A program made the position numbers and the translations under genes. From NCBI GenBank assembly GCA_965248435.1, contig OZ252100.1:2208001-2272000 (forward strand): a stretch of 64,000 bases of DNA, written 5' to 3'. Position 1 is the stretch's first letter, and each line of letters opens with the position of its first letter. The stretch is from Candidatus Latescibacterota bacterium. GTDB taxonomy: Bacteria > Latescibacterota > UBA2968 > GCA-2709665. A model generated the notes under the pieces. The model had not been told where the DNA came from. It saw nothing but the letters and a program-made list of their open reading frames with translations, and made no database searches. Below, in pieces: positions 27,365 through 36,864 of this stretch.

Positions 27365-28255
27365 TTGAAGCCCGATGAGAAACTTCAGTCGATTCGACCC
27401 TTCCCAGACCTGAAAGGTGCTGCCCTTCTCATGTTGATGGGGTGGACCGTCGGCCTTCTAGCAGCTGCTTCCGTTCGATCGTTCCTTGAATTCACGGGCA
27501 CGACCACGGTCGGAACTCTTTCTAGCCTTGGCCTGATGGCCTTTTTCGGACTCCGTCATCCCTCTACGGGGAAGAAGCAGGTTCTGTCTCTTCGCCCCTT
27601 CCCACCCCGGCTCCTTCCACTCATTGTCGTGATGGCTCTCACGGGGTCCGTCCTGGTTGCTGAACTCGGCAATATGATGGAGGAACTTTACCCGATTCCA
27701 GACTCCCTTCGAGAAGTCTTCCTTCTCTTGCTGGATTCAAGCGACTGGACCGCGTTCCTTCAACGCTTCGCGCTGCTCGTTCTGATGGCCCCCGTCACCG
27801 AAGAGCTGGTCTTCAGGGGTATCTTTCAATTCGGGCTGGTCAGGAACTATGGACCAAAAAAAGGCGTGCTGGCTTCTTCTGTTTGTTTCGGGCTCTTCCA
27901 CGCGATTCCCTGGCAGATCCCCGCAGCTGCCATAACGGGCATCCTTCTGGGTTTTGTCGTCTACCGAACAGGTTCAATATTTGCCGGGATGACCCTCCAC
28001 GCGGTTTGGAATCTTCTCCCGCTCCTGTCCGTCTCCCTGATCCAAAACAGTTCTCTCCCGGGCTACACGTCCACCGGGAACGAGGTGGTACACATCCCTC
28101 TCTACGTCCTGGTTCCGGCAGCAGGGATCCTCTTTCTCGCCCTACGTGAATTTTACGTCCGGACCGCTTCTTGGGACTCAGCAGAACAGGAAAGCGACGA
28201 CAGACTGGAGATTGGAGGGGAGGAAGAAATGCGAAGCGGCGACGGAGGGGATTAG
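27365..28255 (+). CDS. CPBP (CAAX protease-like) intramembrane glutamic endopeptidase
   Basis: APVTEELVFRG, FGLFH, HAVWN. Confidence 0.9.
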   Translation: MKPDEKLQSIRPFPDLKGAALLMLMGWTVGLLAAASVRSFLEFTGTTTVGTLSSLGLMAFFGLRHPSTGKKQVLSLRPFPPRLLPLIVVMALTGSVLVAELGNMMEELYPIPDSLREVFLLLLDSSDWTAFLQRFALLVLMAPVTEELVFRGIFQFGLVRNYGPKKGVLASSVCFGLFHAIPWQIPAAAITGILLGFVVYRTGSIFAGMTLHAVWNLLPLLSVSLIQNSSLPGYTSTGNEVVHIPLYVLVPAAGILFLALREFYVRTASWDSAEQESDDRLEIGGEEEMRSGDGGD

Positions 28256-28265
28256 AACGATTCGG

Positions 28266-28733
28266 TCACTTTTTCTTAGAGTCCTTCTTCTCCGCAAGTT
28301 GCTCATTCATAGATTTGATCTTCTCTGCCAGAATGTTGATGATATTTCTCAGAACCTGGATGACAATGAGCGGCTCAACGTTTACCATGCCTTCCAGCTC
28401 CGCTTGCCCCATTGTAAGACCGGAGACCGCTTCTTCCGCAACGACGCGGGCGATTCGTGAATGTGAGCTGGCAATCTCCATCTCGCCTACGGTATCGATC
28501 GGCACGACCTGCGTAATCTCGGAGCCGTCAGGCATCTGAATGGAGACCGTCCCCTTTAGCAGGATAAGCAACTCGTTACCTGGCGTACCTGCTGCATAAA
28601 TGGTCTTTCCCTTCGGAAAAGAAGCCCTCTCGCAGATGGCCAGAACCTTTCGGACATGGTCCACGGAAAGTTCCGCAAAAATAGGGATCCTGGCGAGGAT
28701 CTCTGTTAGGTCTTGAGCGGGTTTCTCCGACAC
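28266..28733 (-). CDS. Stand-alone cyclic-nucleotide-binding domain protein
   Basis: IPIFAEL...GTPGNELLILLKGTV...VGEME...RIARVVA. Confidence 0.85.
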   Translation of the reverse strand: MSEKPAQDLTEILARIPIFAELSVDHVRKVLAICERASFPKGKTIYAAGTPGNELLILLKGTVSIQMPDGSEITQVVPIDTVGEMEIASSHSRIARVVAEEAVSGLTMGQAELEGMVNVEPLIVIQVLRNIINILAEKIKSMNEQLAEKKDSKKK

Positions 28734-28753
28734 AACGGCCTCCAAACCTGAAG

Positions 28754-29416
28754 CTATTCGCCAGCCCGTTTCAGAATAACCAGCTGCCGCCCGCGAGAAA
28801 CGATATAGCCTTCACCTTCCAAACGGGTCAGCACACGCGTCACGGTCTCGCGGGAAGTCCCGACCATGTTTGCCAGGACCTGATGGGTGGGACGCTTCTT
28901 GATCACAAGCCCTTCCTCGGTCTCTGTTCCTTCCTCTTCGGCCAGATTGAGAAGCATGCTGCAAATTCGATCTGTCATGCCGAGCAGGGCCAGACCGCCG
29001 ATCTGTCTGTCTGCCTTGCGAAGCCGCGACGCAATCGTGACCATCAGCTTTACAGCGATGTCAGGATGCCGCTGTATCGCCCGGTGAAAATCCGGCCGCC
29101 GGATCACGAACAGCTCGCTGTCTTCGAGTGTGCTGACATTGGCTGTTCTCGGCCGACCGTCCAGAAGAGAGATGTCTCCGAAGAACTCTCCTGGCCCAAG
29201 AATCGACAGAATCATCTCGCGGCCGTCCGCCGCGTTAACGCTCACTTTGGCGCGGCCCCGATGGATCACGAAGAACGAGTCTCCCCGGTCATCCGCCAGA
29301 ATGATCATGCAGTTTTTGGGGAAACGCCGAACCTGGATGACCTCGTTCAGGGCGTTCAACTCCGCCTTTGTGAGGTCTTCAAAGAGCGGCACATTTTTGA
29401 AAAGGTTCTCTTCCAA
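28754..29416 (-). CDS. Crp/Fnr family transcriptional regulator
   Basis: cNMP domain FFGDISLLDGRPRTA; HTH LANMVGTSRETVTR. GGGAGG RBS before TTG 29416. Confidence 0.92.
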   Translation of the reverse strand: MEENLFKNVPLFEDLTKAELNALNEVIQVRRFPKNCMIILADDRGDSFFVIHRGRAKVSVNAADGREMILSILGPGEFFGDISLLDGRPRTANVSTLEDSELFVIRRPDFHRAIQRHPDIAVKLMVTIASRLRKADRQIGGLALLGMTDRICSMLLNLAEEEGTETEEGLVIKKRPTHQVLANMVGTSRETVTRVLTRLEGEGYIVSRGRQLVILKRAGE

Positions 29417-29765
29417 GTCTCCCCTCCCAACGGTCAGACCCCCGAAGTCACCGATGCTGTAGTTTAACACAATCGCCAAAGCCAATCAAGCCAATTCAAG
29501 CCTGGAAGTGACTTAAAAACAAGGACTACACCGACTTAGGATTCACCGTATTTGAAGGTCTCAGTGTTCAGGGAGACCTCATTTCTTAACACTTCTTGCC
29601 GATTGCCACCACTGGAGAAGCCTTGGAGATCAGGTGATCCGGAAGGCATTTTCGCGAAGGTTTGGAAGGACCGGGTACTCTTTGCGAAATTTTAAACTTT
29701 CTATTTCCAAATGCTTACATAATCCCTGCTGCCTCCGGGTAGATTGGAGCAGCGTTCAAGGACGC

Positions 29766-29918
29766 GCAAAAAGCGCTTGTGCATTGCTAGATCCGTCCCT
29801 ATTTTGACGAGTAGCAGCTTGTAGCATCCATCAAGCGCTCTACTTAGCCGTCGGTAACCTTCGGAGAACTTCATCCCCGAAGAGGTTCGTCCCCCCTCGA
29901 GGTTGCAATGCGCTTTGC
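29766..29918 (-). ncRNA. Candidate structured RNA upstream of crp
   Basis: Terminal pairing GCATTGC/GCAATGC plus AAGCGC/GCGCTT, with two internal hairpins. A G-U pair favours the minus strand. Confidence 0.35.
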
Positions 29919-29970
29919 TGCGCAGCACGCGTTACTTACCGAAGCAGAAGTTGATTTCCGTCTGGGAATC

Positions 29971-29999
29971 TTGACATCCCCAGACGCTTTTGTTAGATT
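29971..29999 (+). promoter_or_regulatory. tRNA-Phe promoter
   Basis: TTGACA-17 nt-TAGATT. Confidence 0.7.
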
Positions 30000-30036
30000 C
30001 GGTCCTCGCCTTTTGACCCGCGCCGGAAAAGATGGC

Positions 30037-30112
<76 letters not shown>

Positions 30113-30210
30113 CCTCTTCCGGTTCTCCAGCTTGGCATCCCAGGCTCCTTTCCAAGGAGCCGGAACGGATGCCTTTTTTATTTTCGAATTCCTGCAAAAA
30201 ATCTCGTTGT

Positions 30211-30226
30211 GGTGACGATTGTCACC
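30211..30226. promoter_or_regulatory. CRP-like box upstream of the repeat-protein pair
   Basis: Palindrome GGTGA-CGATTG-TCACC (GTGA-N6-TCAC). Confidence 0.5.
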
Positions 30227-30420
30227 GATTTTAGTTCGTCTCTCAGGTAAGTTGTGTTTACGATCGGTTTTTCCTGTTTTGTTTCGGTGGAAACACCCAT
30301 TCAATCTATGAATCTCGCCTTTAGAAAAGGAGGTGACCTTAGCAAAGGCGGAGTTTATATCGCTTTTTTGCCAGTTTACTGCGAATACAAACCCATTTCG
30401 TGAATTCGGGAGGTTGTGCG

Positions 30421-32178
30421 ATGTCCGTTAATCTATTTATGAAGTCCCTTCTGACGGCAGTGCTGGTCTTTTGGATCTCTGACCAGGCTGCTGCAAAGGT
30501 GGCCCTCGACCTCGATCTGGCACCTGGTGACCAGGGCAAGCGCGAGGTGACGGTCAAGCCTGGGCAACGCTTGAAGGTTGAATTGTGTGCCGTGGAAGGT
30601 GCCCGTGGGGGCGCGGAGATTCAGATCAGGTTCAATCCTGAAAAGGTCAAGTTCAGACGCTTTAAGGCATCCGGACTGTTAAAGGGCGGAATGTCCATTC
30701 CCAAGAAAAGCAAAGATGGTGTCCGGATCAGCATCGCCATGCCCGGAGGACGGACCGCAGAGGCTGACAACGGCAGCCTCGGCGTCCTTCAGTTTCAATT
30801 ATCCAAAGACCTTGGTCCGGGCGCCCGGATCGGGATCTCGGGGGGACGATTTGCCACACCTGAAGGCCAGGATGAATTCGAACTCGAGACCATGGTCAAA
30901 CTCATAAACGCCGACGCCCCAGAGGGCGCCGGAGGGATGGATGAGGGGCACGGGGAGCATCATGAAAGGCCTCAAGGCGGACAGCACGGCCAGGGTATGC
31001 CTCAAGGCGGACAGCACGGCCAGGGTATGCCTCAAGGCGGACAGCACGGCCAGGGTATGCCTCAAGGCGGACAGCAAGGCCAGCGAGGTGGACAGCAAGG
31101 CCAGACAGGTGGACCGATGGGGCCAGGTGGACCGATGACCCTCGACCTCAATCCGACGCCTGGTGACCAGGGCAAGCGCGAGGAGACGGTCAAGCCAGGG
31201 CGACGCGTGAAGGTCGAACTCTGTGCCGTAGAAGGTGCCCAGGGAATCATGGGCGCACAGGTCAATATCAAGTTCAACCCGGAGAAGGTCACGTTCAGAC
31301 GCTTCAAGGCGTCCGGACTGCTGAAGGGTGGAATGGCGATCCCCACCAAGCGAGAGGATGGGGTCCAGATCAGTATCGCGATGCCAGGCGGAAAAACGGC
31401 AGCTGCGGATAACGGCAGCCTCGGCACCCTTCAATTTCAACTCTCCAGAGACCTGGGGCCGGGCGCGAGGATAGGGATCGTGGGCGGCCAATTCGCTACG
31501 CCTGAAGGGTCCAGAGATTTTGAATTCAAGACGATGGTTAAGCTCATAAACGCCGATGCACCGGCGGACGCTGGAGGGATGGATGAGGGGCATTCGGGGC
31601 ACGGCCAGGGTATGCCTCCTGGCGGCGGACAGCAAGGCCAGCGAGGTGGACCGATGGGACCAGGCGGACCGATGGGACCGGGCGGACCGATGGGACCGGG
31701 CGGAACGATGGGACCGGGCGGACCGATGGGACCGGGCGGACCGATGGGACCGGGCGGACCGATGGGACCAGGCGGACCGATGGGACCGGGTGGACCGATG
31801 GGACCGGGTGGACAGAATCCTGAAGAGATGATCGCCACCCTCCCTCCAGCCCTGCAAGGGTCCTACATGGAAACGTTGAAGTTGGAGCATACCGCCCATA
31901 TGCAGGCGGAGGTCAAGGCGTTGAAGAGCATCGTCAAGACCCTGCGTGAGACGAAAAAGTATCTGGCTGGTGCGAATGAAGACGAAAAGCGGGCCATCGC
32001 GAAAGTTCTGTACTTCTTCGAGCATCAGGACCCTGAACACGGTGGCGGTGGACCACCAGAGATGGGGGGCGGTCCTTCTGCGGAATCCGTCGGGGGTATG
32101 GTCACCAAAATGATTCGAAACACCCAAAACGAGATCAAGCAACTGCAACAAGAGATCCGCAAAGCACGAGCAAGGTGA
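30421..32178 (+). CDS. Secreted protein: two cohesin-like domains, Gly/Gln/His repeats, collagen-like (GPMGPG)n and a C-terminal helical domain
   Basis: Signal peptide ending AAA; two near-identical domains of about 140 aa starting [11 protein letters not shown] and [11 protein letters not shown]; GGAGG RBS. Confidence 0.8.
   Translation: MSVNLFMKSLLTAVLVFWISDQAAAKVALDLDLAPGDQGKREVTVKPGQRLKVELCAVEGARGGAEIQIRFNPEKVKFRRFKASGLLKGGMSIPKKSKDGVRISIAMPGGRTAEADNGSLGVLQFQLSKDLGPGARIGISGGRFATPEGQDEFELETMVKLINADAPEGAGGMDEGHGEHHERPQGGQHGQGMPQGGQHGQGMPQGGQHGQGMPQGGQQGQRGGQQGQTGGPMGPGGPMTLDLNPTPGDQGKREETVKPGRRVKVELCAVEGAQGIMGAQVNIKFNPEKVTFRRFKASGLLKGGMAIPTKREDGVQISIAMPGGKTAAADNGSLGTLQFQLSRDLGPGARIGIVGGQFATPEGSRDFEFKTMVKLINADAPADAGGMDEGHSGHGQGMPPGGGQQGQRGGPMGPGGPMGPGGPMGPGGTMGPGGPMGPGGPMGPGGPMGPGGPMGPGGPMGPGGQNPEEMIATLPPALQGSYMETLKLEHTAHMQAEVKALKSIVKTLRETKKYLAGANEDEKRAIAKVLYFFEHQDPEHGGGGPPEMGGGPSAESVGGMVTKMIRNTQNEIKQLQQEIRKARAR
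30970..31083 (+). repeat. 30-bp coding tandem repeat ([10 protein letters not shown]), 3 copies plus a partial
   Basis: CCTCAAGGCGGACAGCACGGCCAGGGTATG units. Confidence 0.9.
31645..31806 (+). repeat. 18-bp coding tandem repeat (GGPMGP) x9
   Basis: GGYGGACCGATGGGACCR units; one has a P>T change. Confidence 0.95.
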
Positions 32179-32230
32179 CGTGGCCGCTTGGGGTCTAACG
32201 AAATCTTTCACACGATCGAAAGGACGTAGG

Positions 32231-33919
32231 ATGGATGTCTTTAAGTTTACACTCAGATTGTTGACCGTGACGGTCGCACTTGGGATCGCCACAGCCGCGG
32301 AGTCCGACCATCACGAGCAAATGGGTCCAGAGATGACCCCGGAGCAGGTCATCCAGGATCTGATCCCAACAGCGCTTCAGGAGACCTTCAGGACCACGCT
32401 GGCGGTCGAGAATGCGACTGAAGGCGTGCACGAGTCTGGCGATCCGCAGGCGATCATCGCAGCCGAGCTACAGATGATGCAGAGCGTCAGAGGGACGCTC
32501 GAACAGACCAGGGCCTACGTGGCGAACGCCAGCGATGCAGAAAAAGAAAACATCGCAAAGGCGCTCATCTTCTTCCACCACGAGGGCGGCCCGGATGAGC
32601 ATCACGGACCTGGCGGGCCGCATCCCGGCATGCCTCCTGGCGGAATGCCCCCTGGTGGACAGCCTTGTGGACCGGGCGGGCCTCCTGGCGGACAGCCCTG
32701 TGGCGGTCCTCCAGATATCAACAAACTGCTCGATGATATGCTTCGCCACGTCAATGAGGCGATAGCACATTTGGAACGGGGTGAGATGCCGCCTGACGAC
32801 CATCCGGGCGGACCGGGCCAGCATCCACAGGGACAGCCTGGTCAGGGACCCGGCGGACCGGGTCAGCATCCACAGGGACAGCCTGGACAGGGGCCCGGCG
32901 GACCGGGTCAGCACCCACAGGGACAGCCTGGACAGGGGCCCGGCGGACCGGGTCAGCACCCACAGGGACAGCCTGGACAGGGGCCCGGCGGACCGGGTCA
33001 GCACCCACAGGGACAGCCTGGACAGGGACCTGGCGGACCGCAGGGCCAGCACCCACAGGGACAGCCTGGACAGGGACCTGGCGGACCGCAGGGCCAGCAT
33101 CCACAGGGACAGCCTGGTCAGGGACCCGGCGGACCGGGTCAGCATCCACAGGGACAGCCTGGACAGGGACCCGGCGGACCGGGTCAGCACCCACAGGGAC
33201 AGCCTGGACAGGGACCCGGCGGACCGGGTCAGCATCCACAGGGACAGCCTGGACAGGGACCCGGCGGACCGGGTCAGCACCCACAGGGACAGCCTGGACA
33301 GGGACCCGGCGGACCGGGTCAGCACCCACAGGGACAGCCTGGACAGGGACCCGGCGGACCGGGTCAGCACCCACAGGGACAGCCTGGTCAGGGGCCCGGA
33401 GGACCGGGCGAGCATCCACAGGGACATCCTGGTCAGGGGCCCGGCGGACCCATGGGTGGACAGCCCTGCGGACCGATGGGCGGCCAGCCCTGCGGGCCGA
33501 TGGGAGAACACCCGGAGATGCCAGAGGCACCTGAATGCTCAGACGCACTCCGAGACGCCGAGCTCCAGCCGCAGGCGACAGACGTTCCGGTTGGCGAAAC
33601 GATGGGCAACCTGATCTTCCGCACGGTGTGCAACATGCCGGGCTGGGATACGAACGCAATTACCCTACCGGCCGGTCGCGCTGCCGGCGGTTTCGACGTC
33701 GAAGCTTCGACCCACGACCCCAGCGGGGTCGCTTTCGAGATCCGTGTTGAGGGGGGCCCTACCGTCTACCATTCCAGTATGGGTGGAGCGGCGTTGCAGG
33801 GCCTGATCCTTGAAGACAACAACCCGTCAAGTACGGGCAAATACACGATCGCCCTGGATGCGGGGGGATCCGCTCCAGGGGCTCGAATCACGATTCGGTT
33901 CGTCGATCATCCGAAATGA
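32231..33919 (+). CDS. Secreted protein: helical domain, (PGGPGQHPQGQPGQG)14 repeat and C-terminal beta domain
   Basis: Signal peptide MDVFKFTLRLLTVTVALGIATAA; long low-complexity repeat; terminator follows. Confidence 0.8.
   Translation: MDVFKFTLRLLTVTVALGIATAAESDHHEQMGPEMTPEQVIQDLIPTALQETFRTTLAVENATEGVHESGDPQAIIAAELQMMQSVRGTLEQTRAYVANASDAEKENIAKALIFFHHEGGPDEHHGPGGPHPGMPPGGMPPGGQPCGPGGPPGGQPCGGPPDINKLLDDMLRHVNEAIAHLERGEMPPDDHPGGPGQHPQGQPGQGPGGPGQHPQGQPGQGPGGPGQHPQGQPGQGPGGPGQHPQGQPGQGPGGPGQHPQGQPGQGPGGPQGQHPQGQPGQGPGGPQGQHPQGQPGQGPGGPGQHPQGQPGQGPGGPGQHPQGQPGQGPGGPGQHPQGQPGQGPGGPGQHPQGQPGQGPGGPGQHPQGQPGQGPGGPGQHPQGQPGQGPGGPGEHPQGHPGQGPGGPMGGQPCGPMGGQPCGPMGEHPEMPEAPECSDALRDAELQPQATDVPVGETMGNLIFRTVCNMPGWDTNAITLPAGRAAGGFDVEASTHDPSGVAFEIRVEGGPTVYHSSMGGAALQGLILEDNNPSSTGKYTIALDAGGSAPGARITIRFVDHPK
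32804..33439 (+). repeat. 45-bp coding tandem repeat x14 (two units carry an extra Gln codon)
   Basis: CCCGGCGGACCGGGTCAGCAYCCACAGGGACAGCCTGGWCAGGGR units. Confidence 0.95.
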
Positions 33920-33941
33920 TCGGAAGGAAGGCGCGTCATGA

Positions 33942-33983
33942 AAAGAGCCGTCGGTCTCGCGACCGGTGGCTCTTTCTTTATTT
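33942..33983 (+). terminator. Intrinsic terminator
   Basis: AAAGAGCCGTCGGTC-TCGC-GACCGGTGGCTCTTT followed by a T-rich tail. Confidence 0.8.
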
Positions 33984-34126
33984 AGCACAACGGGCCCCTG
34001 ATAGCCGGGGCAAGCCGCTAACTGCTTAAATTATCAAAATCTATCGGGCGATTTCGCTATTCGTCACCCGTAGTCTTTTCTAGTGTCAAGATTCAAATTG
34101 CAATCTTGGAGAAAAATTGTTTAACA

Positions 34127-34170
34127 TGTGACTGAAATCACGTCTCTCACGCAGCTAAAGTTCCTATCAT
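34127..34170 (+). promoter_or_regulatory. CRP box and -10 element (class II-like promoter)
   Basis: TGTGA-CTGAAA-TCACG at 34127-34142; TATCAT at 34165-34170. Confidence 0.6.
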
Positions 34171-34200
34171 TCATATCAAGATCAGCTAGGGAGAAGGAGA

Positions 34201-34368
34201 ATGGCCGTTCCCGAAAACGTGGTAGATCGAGACAGCCTGATCGAGTTGGTCAGAGCCGGCAACAGCCCTGAAAAGATCGCTCAGATGTTTCGTGTGGATG
34301 TGAGCATTCTACAGGATATGATCAAGCGACTCGAAGAGAATGGATACTATGATTTGCTTCGGAGTTAA
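34201..34368 (+). CDS. 55-aa small protein, HTH-like (not in the ORF track)
   Basis: AAGGAG RBS; MAVPENVVDRDSLIELVRAGNSPEKIAQMFRVDVSILQDMIKRLEENGYYDLLRS; ends 6 nt before the response regulator. Confidence 0.75.
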   Translation: MAVPENVVDRDSLIELVRAGNSPEKIAQMFRVDVSILQDMIKRLEENGYYDLLRS

Positions 34369-34374
34369 TACCTG

Positions 34375-34758
34375 ATGGAATCAAAACGAATCCTTGTCAT
34401 TGACGATGAGCCGCAAGTCTGTGGCCTGCTGAAGAGTCTCCTGGAGAAGGCCGGCTACGAAGTCGAAACGGTGGGTGACCCGTCCGAGACGGTCGCGTCT
34501 CTCCTCGTGCAGCGCTATGACCTGGTTACCGTCGACCTCAAGATGCCGGGCATGGACGGCACGGATGTCGCAACCCTTGCCCAGACCATCGACGACACCG
34601 TGCCTATCCTGGTCATCTCAGCATTCCTTAATCCAGAAGTCCGACGCCAGTTTGAACAATCTGGTGTCCACCACTTTGTAGAAAAGCCCTTCCAAAAGTC
34701 CAATCTCCTGGCCACAGTCGAAACGGCCCTCCAGGAGGCCGAACCGCACACAGCATAA
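34375..34758 (+). CDS. Single-domain response regulator (CheY-like)
   Basis: ILVIDDE, DLKMPGMDG, SA, KPF. Confidence 0.92.
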   Translation: MESKRILVIDDEPQVCGLLKSLLEKAGYEVETVGDPSETVASLLVQRYDLVTVDLKMPGMDGTDVATLAQTIDDTVPILVISAFLNPEVRRQFEQSGVHHFVEKPFQKSNLLATVETALQEAEPHTA

Positions 34759-34842
34759 CTGTCAAAGGACACAAAGAGAAAGGACGCCTGCCTGAAGCCG
34801 GCGCCCTTTCTTTGTTGTATACCTTCTTCTGGATCTCTTGCT

Positions 34843-35634
34843 CTAAACCTCCACGTCCCCGAGGCCCTCGATGCTCCCCTCGTGAATCTCAATCTCCTCC
34901 CGCTTCCGCACCCGATCGACCTGCCCGTCCCTCAAGTCCACAACCCGGTTCGAAACCCCCAGCATCTTGTGATCGTGGGTATTGGTTACGATGGTCACCC
35001 CGTTTTCTTCCTGGAGATGCTTGAGCATTTCAATAATTTCCTGTCCGGTCCTCAGATCCAGATTCCCTGTCGGTTCATCGGCCAGAATAAGGTCAGGATC
35101 ATTGGCCATAGCCCGTGCGATGGCCACACGCTGCTGCTGGCCCCCGGATAGCTCGAACGGTTTGTGATCCAGCCGATCCTTCAATTTCACGAGTTCCAGC
35201 TTGTGGGCCGCCCTTTCCTCATACTCCGACTTCTTCATTCCAGAGAACACCATGGGAAGGGCGACATTCTCGAGGGCAGTCATCACCGGAATCAGGTTAA
35301 ACGTCTGAAAGATGTATCCGATGTTGTGACACCTATGATACGCGATTTGCGCCTGACTCAGGCTTCCCATGTCGATCCCGTTCACGAGCACACTCCCCTT
35401 CGACGGCCGGTCGAGTGCGCCAATCATGTTGAACAGGGTGGTCTTGCCTGATCCGGACGGTCCCATGACCGAAAGATATTCGCCTCGAATCACATCGACG
35501 GACACGCCCTTAAGGGCGTGGACCTCAGCGTCGCCCATAATGTAGGTCTTCCAGACCTCCCGGATCGTGATGATATCATCGACCTCTTCATCCTCAACGG
35601 CCTGACGCCCCTCAGGAACCTCTGCCATTTTCAT
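34843..35634 (-). CDS. ABC transporter ATP-binding protein (LolD/MacB type), no adjacent permease
   Basis: [34 protein letters not shown]. Confidence 0.92.
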   Translation of the reverse strand: MKMAEVPEGRQAVEDEEVDDIITIREVWKTYIMGDAEVHALKGVSVDVIRGEYLSVMGPSGSGKTTLFNMIGALDRPSKGSVLVNGIDMGSLSQAQIAYHRCHNIGYIFQTFNLIPVMTALENVALPMVFSGMKKSEYEERAAHKLELVKLKDRLDHKPFELSGGQQQRVAIARAMANDPDLILADEPTGNLDLRTGQEIIEMLKHLQEENGVTIVTNTHDHKMLGVSNRVVDLRDGQVDRVRKREEIEIHEGSIEGLGDVEV

Positions 35635-35719
35635 CTCTCTTGTGAAAAGTTACCCTGCTCGAACATGCTACATTATGGTAAGGCAAACCACTCTGAACTG
35701 TCAAGGCCTTTTGGATCGG

Positions 35720-36845
35720 GACCCCTCCCTCGGTCCCTCCCCTAAAGGGGAGGGAAGGCAGAAGCCATCTGCGGTGACAGTCAACTAACGCGTCCTCGTC
35801 GCTGCTAACGAGCTCTATTGCACCGCTGAATGCCATCCGGGCCGCGGTGTGCGACTCCCTTGCAACCAGCTGATGAACGTATCTCGTATCTCGTGAAGCG
35901 TATCTCGTCCGAGGTATACCGTAGTTCAGAAAGACGATCAGGAAAATACAACACGAATTCTGCGAAATTAGGATCCTTGTTCGTGGATCGCAGACCCCTC
36001 CCTCGGTCCCTCCCCTGAAGGGGGAGGGAAGGTTAGAGCCATCACCCTCGCGAAATCAACTTCCTCCGATTTCACTGTGACCCTTGCTACTCCCCCCTTC
36101 CCTTTAGGGAAGGGGGGCCGGGGGGGGTTAGGTCCGAGATACGAGATGCGAAATACGAGGTACGGGTTTCCGGCCGCCGGAGGCATGGGGTTCTTGGGTG
36201 GGGCGAACAGATTAGGGAGCAACGAGAGATAGCCACTTTTTCCTCTTGCCCTTCCCTAGATTCGGTGAAGAGCCTGTAAGGTTCTTCTCCAAATGTTGGG
36301 GTTAAGGTAATATGCTCTATTGTAGAACTCGCTGACTTGCCGGCGGCCCTGGGACTCTCGAAATGCATCGCTCAAAGTGATCAGGGCCGCGGTGTGCGAC
36401 TCCTATGCAACCTCGTTCTTTCACCTCCCACGCGATTAGCCCTCTGCGCCGGTCCCATAGTGGACGTCAAGCGGGGCAGGAGTCCCGCCCTGATTGCCGC
36501 CACTGTCCTTTCCACTGAGGGTGAGGTGCCGCGGCCCGAGCCCCCGCGGCGTTTGAGCGGCGCCCTTCTTTTGCCTTCGGGCGCGGCACGCCGCGCCCCT
36601 ACGGCGAAATCTTGGAGTGTAGGGGCACAGCCGCGCTGTGCCCAAGGGCGGCGGTTGCGGTAGCCCTTTTCTTGTGGCGAGACAAGAAAAGTAGGCCGCC
36701 GGAGGCATGGGGTTCTTGGGTGGCGCGAACAGCTTAGGGAGCAAGGAGAGATAGCCACTTTTTCCTCGAAATCTGCTCATGCCCTCCCCTAAATTCGGTG
36801 AAGAGCCTTAGCAAAGGGGGGGTCTGGGGGGGGGTTAGGTCCGAT
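35720..36845. repeat. Non-coding mosaic of REP/MITE-like repeats
   Basis: Duplicated units at 35721/35994, 35839/36384, and a unit of about 105-115 nt at 36172/36694; GTAG palindromes at 36579-36643. Confidence 0.75.
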
Positions 36846-36864
36846 CCACGATCAACAGTCTTAT

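Noticed and set aside
29629-29650. SRP RNA-like TCAGG..CCGGAAGG motif
   Set aside because: Lacks the following AGCAG and the helix-8 pairing.
29766-29918. Retron msr-msd
   Set aside because: Terminal inverted repeats are present but there is no reverse transcriptase in the window.
30970-33439. Tandem repeats as a CRISPR array
   Set aside because: Units are contiguous with no unique spacers, have lengths divisible by 3, lie inside ORFs, and there are no cas genes.
30799-33659. Long antisense and alternate-frame ORFs over the repeat proteins
   Set aside because: Shadows of stop-free GC-rich repeats; the plus-frame ORFs have signal peptides and coherent domains.
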